DNA of 54,620 nucleotides, filler included, from Basidiobolus ranarum (Eukaryota): NCBI GenBank assembly GCA_040143965.1. It is 2 parts of 2 records of this genome, joined end to end, with 100 filler letters (N's around TTAATTAATTAA, not from the genome) between each part and the next. Parts side by side here need not be neighbours in the genome. Positions count along the whole stretch, not along the records: positions 27,416 to 54,620 come from JASJQH010007000.1; 1 more part is not named here. One strand, 5' to 3'. Shown piece by piece: positions 50,213 to 54,620 of this stretch (position 1 is its first letter; each line of letters starts with the position of its first letter). The notes under the pieces were generated by a model. It saw only the letters and a program-made list of their open reading frames with translations, ran no database searches and was not told where the DNA came from. The position numbers and the translations under genes were made by a program.

Positions 50213-53200
50213 ATGCTTGAAAAGTTTAGCAAGGCCGGAAAGTCTTCTGAGACTGGAGAAAATGGACAATCTTCTAGCTCCGCTGTGCCTACTACTCCTT
50301 TGAAGATTACTCGCACGTTAACCGTAGAATATAGAACTTTATCAGTTCGATTGGACGATGCCCGCACTCGAACTAAGGATATCAAGAGCGATGAGACTCT
50401 CGAAAAGGAACTAGCCGTTGACTTTCACAAATTAACATTACATGAACTTGGTCTCCGCTTTAATACATCCATGGAAAGTGGATTGGACACTGCTAACGCG
50501 GCTAGTCGACTATCTCGCAATGGAAAAAATCAAATTTCTCCTCCACCCTCCAAACTTTTGTCTAAGATTCTTGACTATGGTTTTGGTGGCTTCTGTGGTC
50601 TGTTGTGGTTTGCATCGTTGGTCTGTTTCTTGGCCTATAAGCCCCTGGGAAGTCCTCCTGACCCAACGAATCTTGGTCTTGCTGTGTTGATTTTAATCGT
50701 TATCTTCTTACAAGCTGGTTTCAATGCTTATCAGGATTGGAGTTCCTCCAAGGTGATGAAATCAATCAACAATATGCTTCCAGCTAGTGCATTGGTCAAT
50801 CGTGATGGCAAGAAAATAAGAATTCCTGTTAGCAGCCTAGTTGTAGGTGACCTAGTATATCTCACCTATGGTAACAAAGTGCCTGCCGATGCTAGAGTAA
50901 TCAGTTGTTCTGACCTCAAATTTGACAAATCTGTCCTTACCGGAGAGAGTGATCCTATCACTGCAACTGTAGATATGACTGATGAGAATTACTTGGAATC
51001 CAAAAACATCGCACTTATGGGAACTCTCATTACAAATGGTGAAGGCATTGGCTTGGTTGTATCTACTGGTGATCAAACCGTTATGGGTAAAGTCGCAAAA
51101 CTCTCTAGTAATTCCGGACAATCACGTACGTTACTTCAGATAGAAATCAGCCGATTTGTAAAGATCATTGCCACTCTCTCTCTTTCAACTGCCACATTTG
51201 TAATGATTCTTTGGGTTGCCTGGTTAAGAACTTCATACCCGTCCTTCCTCAACCTTTCCACTGCGATGGTCAACGCGATCGCAGTTCTAGTCGCCTTTGT
51301 CCCAGAAGGTCTACCAGTCGCTTTAACTCTGACTTTGACTTTAGTTGCTCGCCGTATGCAACAGCAAAAGGTTCTTGTTAAAAACCTTACTACAGTTGAA
51401 ACTTTAGGTTCCGTAAATGTCATAGCTTCCGACAAAACTGGTACCCTTACCCAAAATCGTATGTTCGTTAACAATGCGTTTGTTGGCCAGCCTTTTGACA
51501 TACATGATTGCAAAACCTATTTCAGCATGAAAGCTCCAGGTGTCACTGAATTGTTAGCAGTTTCTGGTCTTTGCAATAGTGCTTCATTTGATGTCGACAC
51601 CTTAGATTATCCCGTATCAGAACGCAAAACTATAGGAGATGCTACTGACTCTGCCTTACTACGTTTCAGTGAGGAATTCCGAATGGTTAGTGAACATAAC
51701 AAAGGATTCAGTAAACTTCATGAGATCCCCTTCAACTCTAAGAATAAGTGGATGTTAACCATCGCCCAAGGACAAGATGAAGATAATTGTTTCAAGAGTA
51801 TAAAACCGATACTTATGTTAAAGGGGGCTCCTGATTTTATACTTGATAGATGTACTCATATAATGAATATGGATGGAACTGAGAGCGAATTCGATCAGGC
51901 AGCTAAAGATAGATTACTTCGTCAACAAGAGGATTGGAGTTCTGAGGGTCAGCGTGTTCTTCTCATAACTAGAAGATTCCTCGAAGTAGGAGAGTTGCAT
52001 GCAAATATGGATTCAGATGATACTGCTTTACTAGCTCAACGCATGTGTATTGTTGGACTCGTTGGTATCATTGATCCTCCTAGACCAGAGATCTACGATG
52101 TCGTGAAAACCTGTCGTGAAGCAGGTATCCGTCTGTTTATGGTGACCGGTGACTACTCTCTTACTGCAGCTGCAATCGCCAGAAAAGTTGGAATCATTAC
52201 TGCTGAGTGCGTTGATAAGGCAGATGATCTTGTCCCTGCCAAGAGTGAAGTAGCTTTGGTAACGCATGATGGTGCAAAGAGTGTAAAGAAAGCCTTACTT
52301 TTATCCGGATCAGATTTACCAACTCTTAACGAGAAACAATGGGAGATGATCACATATTATGATGAGATTGTATTTGCTCGCACCACTCCGGAGCAGAAGC
52401 TTCGTATTGTTCAAGAGTTTCAAAAGCGTGGAAATATTGTTGGTGTTACCGGTGATGGTGTTAATGATGCTCCTGCTCTAAAAGCAGCCAACATTGGCAT
52501 TGCTATGGGAAGTGGAAGTGAAGTAGCTATGGAGGCAGCTCATATGGTTCTACTTGATAACAATTTCTCTTCCATCGTTGTAGCAATCGAGAGTGGTAGA
52601 CTAGTGTATGACAATCTAAAGAAAGTCATTCTTTATCTACTCCCAGCTGGCTCATGGTCTGAGTTAATACCTATTTTGGTGAACTTCTTGCTTGGTGTGC
52701 CACTTCCACTCTCTGCTTTCCTCATGATCTTTATTTGTGTACTCACTGATATGTTGCCATCTATTGCCATGATGTTCGAAACACCAGAATCTGATTTGTT
52801 GAAGCGTGCTCCTCGTCGTCCTAGCCAAGATCGCTTAGTTAACTTCAAACTCTTACGTCATGCCTACCTATTCACCGGATTGATGGAGTCCTTTTTCTCT
52901 CATTGCATGTACTTTTACTACATTCAATCGACTGCTGACTTGTCAGCCAGTGATATCTTACTTCAATTCGATAAATGGACTGATGGTTATAAGGGATTTA
53001 CTCAAGCGGAACTGGATGATTTGCAGTTCACTGGCCAATGCGTTACCTTTGTAACTCTAGTTGTGCTTCAATCATTCGGTAATTTACTTGGTGCTCGTAC
53101 TCGTCGTCTCTCAATCCTTCAACATCCTCCTTGGTCTCAGCCATCCCGTAATTTGTGGTTGTTCGGTGCTCAATTCGGCTCCATTCTGCTTGCATTACTC

Positions 53201-53368
53201 GCAGTCTACCTCCCAGTATTCAACAACATCTTTAACACTAGGCCAGTTCCCGTGCAATTTTGGTTTATCCCATTAGTTGGGGCGATGGTTATCCTTGGTG
53301 CTGATGAAACCCGTAAATACTTCGTCCGTAAATACCCAAATGGTACCATGGCCAAACTTGCCTGGTAA
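50213..53368 (+). CDS. Na+/K+-ATPase-like P-type cation pump (type IIC/IIE, fungal ACU-like), intronless
   Basis: TGES, VPEGL, DKTGT, KGAP, MVTGD and TGDGVNDAPALK motifs; about 10 TM segments. First ATG at 50213. Confidence 0.93.
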   Translation: MLEKFSKAGKSSETGENGQSSSSAVPTTPLKITRTLTVEYRTLSVRLDDARTRTKDIKSDETLEKELAVDFHKLTLHELGLRFNTSMESGLDTANAASRLSRNGKNQISPPPSKLLSKILDYGFGGFCGLLWFASLVCFLAYKPLGSPPDPTNLGLAVLILIVIFLQAGFNAYQDWSSSKVMKSINNMLPASALVNRDGKKIRIPVSSLVVGDLVYLTYGNKVPADARVISCSDLKFDKSVLTGESDPITATVDMTDENYLESKNIALMGTLITNGEGIGLVVSTGDQTVMGKVAKLSSNSGQSRTLLQIEISRFVKIIATLSLSTATFVMILWVAWLRTSYPSFLNLSTAMVNAIAVLVAFVPEGLPVALTLTLTLVARRMQQQKVLVKNLTTVETLGSVNVIASDKTGTLTQNRMFVNNAFVGQPFDIHDCKTYFSMKAPGVTELLAVSGLCNSASFDVDTLDYPVSERKTIGDATDSALLRFSEEFRMVSEHNKGFSKLHEIPFNSKNKWMLTIAQGQDEDNCFKSIKPILMLKGAPDFILDRCTHIMNMDGTESEFDQAAKDRLLRQQEDWSSEGQRVLLITRRFLEVGELHANMDSDDTALLAQRMCIVGLVGIIDPPRPEIYDVVKTCREAGIRLFMVTGDYSLTAAAIARKVGIITAECVDKADDLVPAKSEVALVTHDGAKSVKKALLLSGSDLPTLNEKQWEMITYYDEIVFARTTPEQKLRIVQEFQKRGNIVGVTGDGVNDAPALKAANIGIAMGSGSEVAMEAAHMVLLDNNFSSIVVAIESGRLVYDNLKKVILYLLPAGSWSELIPILVNFLLGVPLPLSAFLMIFICVLTDMLPSIAMMFETPESDLLKRAPRRPSQDRLVNFKLLRHAYLFTGLMESFFSHCMYFYYIQSTADLSASDILLQFDKWTDGYKGFTQAELDDLQFTGQCVTFVTLVVLQSFGNLLGARTRRLSILQHPPWSQPSRNLWLFGAQFGSILLALLAVYLPVFNNIFNTRPVPVQFWFIPLVGAMVILGADETRKYFVRKYPNGTMAKLAW

Positions 53369-53800
53369 CTTCCCCCATTTCATTGCTTCTCATTTACATC
53401 ATCCGCAATATCATAGAAAATCATCGGAATCCATATTTTTGCTTCCATAAGTAATAACTACTGAAGTTCTCTGCCCCTTGTAACCACCCAATAATGCCTC
53501 AGACTATAACCTCGGTATGGAGTCTTCGTGATTAAGCTATTCTTTAAGTACATTTCACTAAAGCCGTTCAGTAGTCAATATTCAATATGTATTAAACTAT
53601 TTATTTAAGCCTATACCTTGAGAGTAATGGTCGATTATCGATTTGTATTACAATAATTTCGTGGTACATGAAGCCCTCACCATATGTTCATACTTGCTAT
53701 AAATTTGGCAAACATCTATTTGTAGCTCTTTAAATCAGTGAATACAGAAGTAAGGGTATGTACATTCCCTGCGAAAGAACACATATGCAATACTTGATAT

Positions 53801-54147
53801 TATCGAGACATTTTGGGAGTTTGTTGGAAGTGGTTTGGAGAACTAGAAAGAATTGGTTACCACTTATTGATTTATTGAGTAGAAAGATAACTTTTACCGT
53901 TTTGTCAGGAAGTAAGCAAATAAACTTGAAGAATGAGTTAAAAAAGGTTTCAGGAACATGTATACAAAGTTTAGGACTTCTAGGATGAGTTTGATAAATC
54001 TATATATCTGAGATCTTCTATGTTGGTAAAAATATTCCAAGTATATTCCTCTTGGAAGAAGTGGGTGATATCCTGGTGAAATGTAGGAGAACTAAATACC
54101 AAGCTATACATGACTATATAGATGCTTAACCTATGTTAACTTCAACA
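53801..54147 (-). mobile_element. Solo-LTR-like element, copy 5 (diverged)
   Basis: ttttgggagtttgttggaagtggtttggagaa...gactatatag...ttcaaca; reverse-complement homologue of the family. Confidence 0.8.
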
Positions 54148-54277
54148 ACATATTTATTAACATGGATTGAAGTTTTTGAGACTACTATACTAAGATTTAA
54201 ACTGATAGATTCAATAGTAATGACCTATATACTGATTACTATCTCGTTATTATATCAAGATCTAGCCACACCATAAT

Positions 54278-54510
54278 TACTGAAATTAGCACTGCCTAAA
54301 CACCTATATAGTCATTTATAGCCTAGTATTTTGTTATCTTATATCTCACTAAGATATTACCTATTATTCTCAATCAGAAAATACTTTTTACCAACTTAGA
54401 AGTTATCAGGTACATATATCTTTCTAACTTGTGGTAGAAGCCCCAAAATTTGCACACATGCTCCTGGGACCTTCCCTTCCTTAACACAGGCTACATGTTG
54501 ATTTGTATAT
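54278..54510 (+). mobile_element. Solo-LTR-like element, copy 6 (3'-truncated)
   Basis: tgaaattagcactgcctaaacacctatatagtcat...gccccaaaatttgcacacatgctcctgggaccttcc. Confidence 0.8.
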
Positions 54511-54620
54511 GTTGGAGGATCTTGACATAATGGGGGTAGACTTTGAGTATTAGAAGCAACTTATGATAGTGTGTTTTAGTTAGTTTATTCTCAAGAGTAT
54601 ATGGTGACTTATATAGTAGA

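Noticed and set aside
53758-53988. 76-aa ORF (and the 68-aa ORF at 15479-15685)
   Set aside because: Both overlap the non-coding repeat element and have no protein features.

Overview
AT-rich eukaryotic genomic DNA with short (about 50-70 nt) GT-AG introns and (TTAGGG)n-type motifs. It is most consistent with an early-diverging fungus; a Basidiobolus-like lineage is inferred from gene content only. The first ~16.5 kb is a decaying accessory region: an MFS efflux pump, NRPS adenylation-domain relics, Hsp70, a subtilisin pseudogene, a P450, an NAD(P)-binding oxidoreductase, tRNA fragments, and a ~320-bp TGTT...AACA solo-LTR-like repeat (six copies in the window, in three inverted pairs). The rest is mostly core genes: an HSF-type factor, chitin deacetylase, fibrillarin, COX5, SLP1-like, TRS23, YbeY, MDP1, COQ5, RCF2, OCT1, an Slt2-type MAPK and a Na/K-like P-type ATPase. 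The most notable unannotated system is at ~23.5-25.4 kb. It is a multi-intron, apparently non-coding host transcript carrying six intronic box C/D snoRNAs (3x an snR190-like RNA with complementarity to three parts of the peptidyl-transferase centre, 2x U14, 1x U49), lying tail-to-tail with the fibrillarin gene. An artificial N-gap/TTAATTAATTAA linker interrupts fibrillarin.
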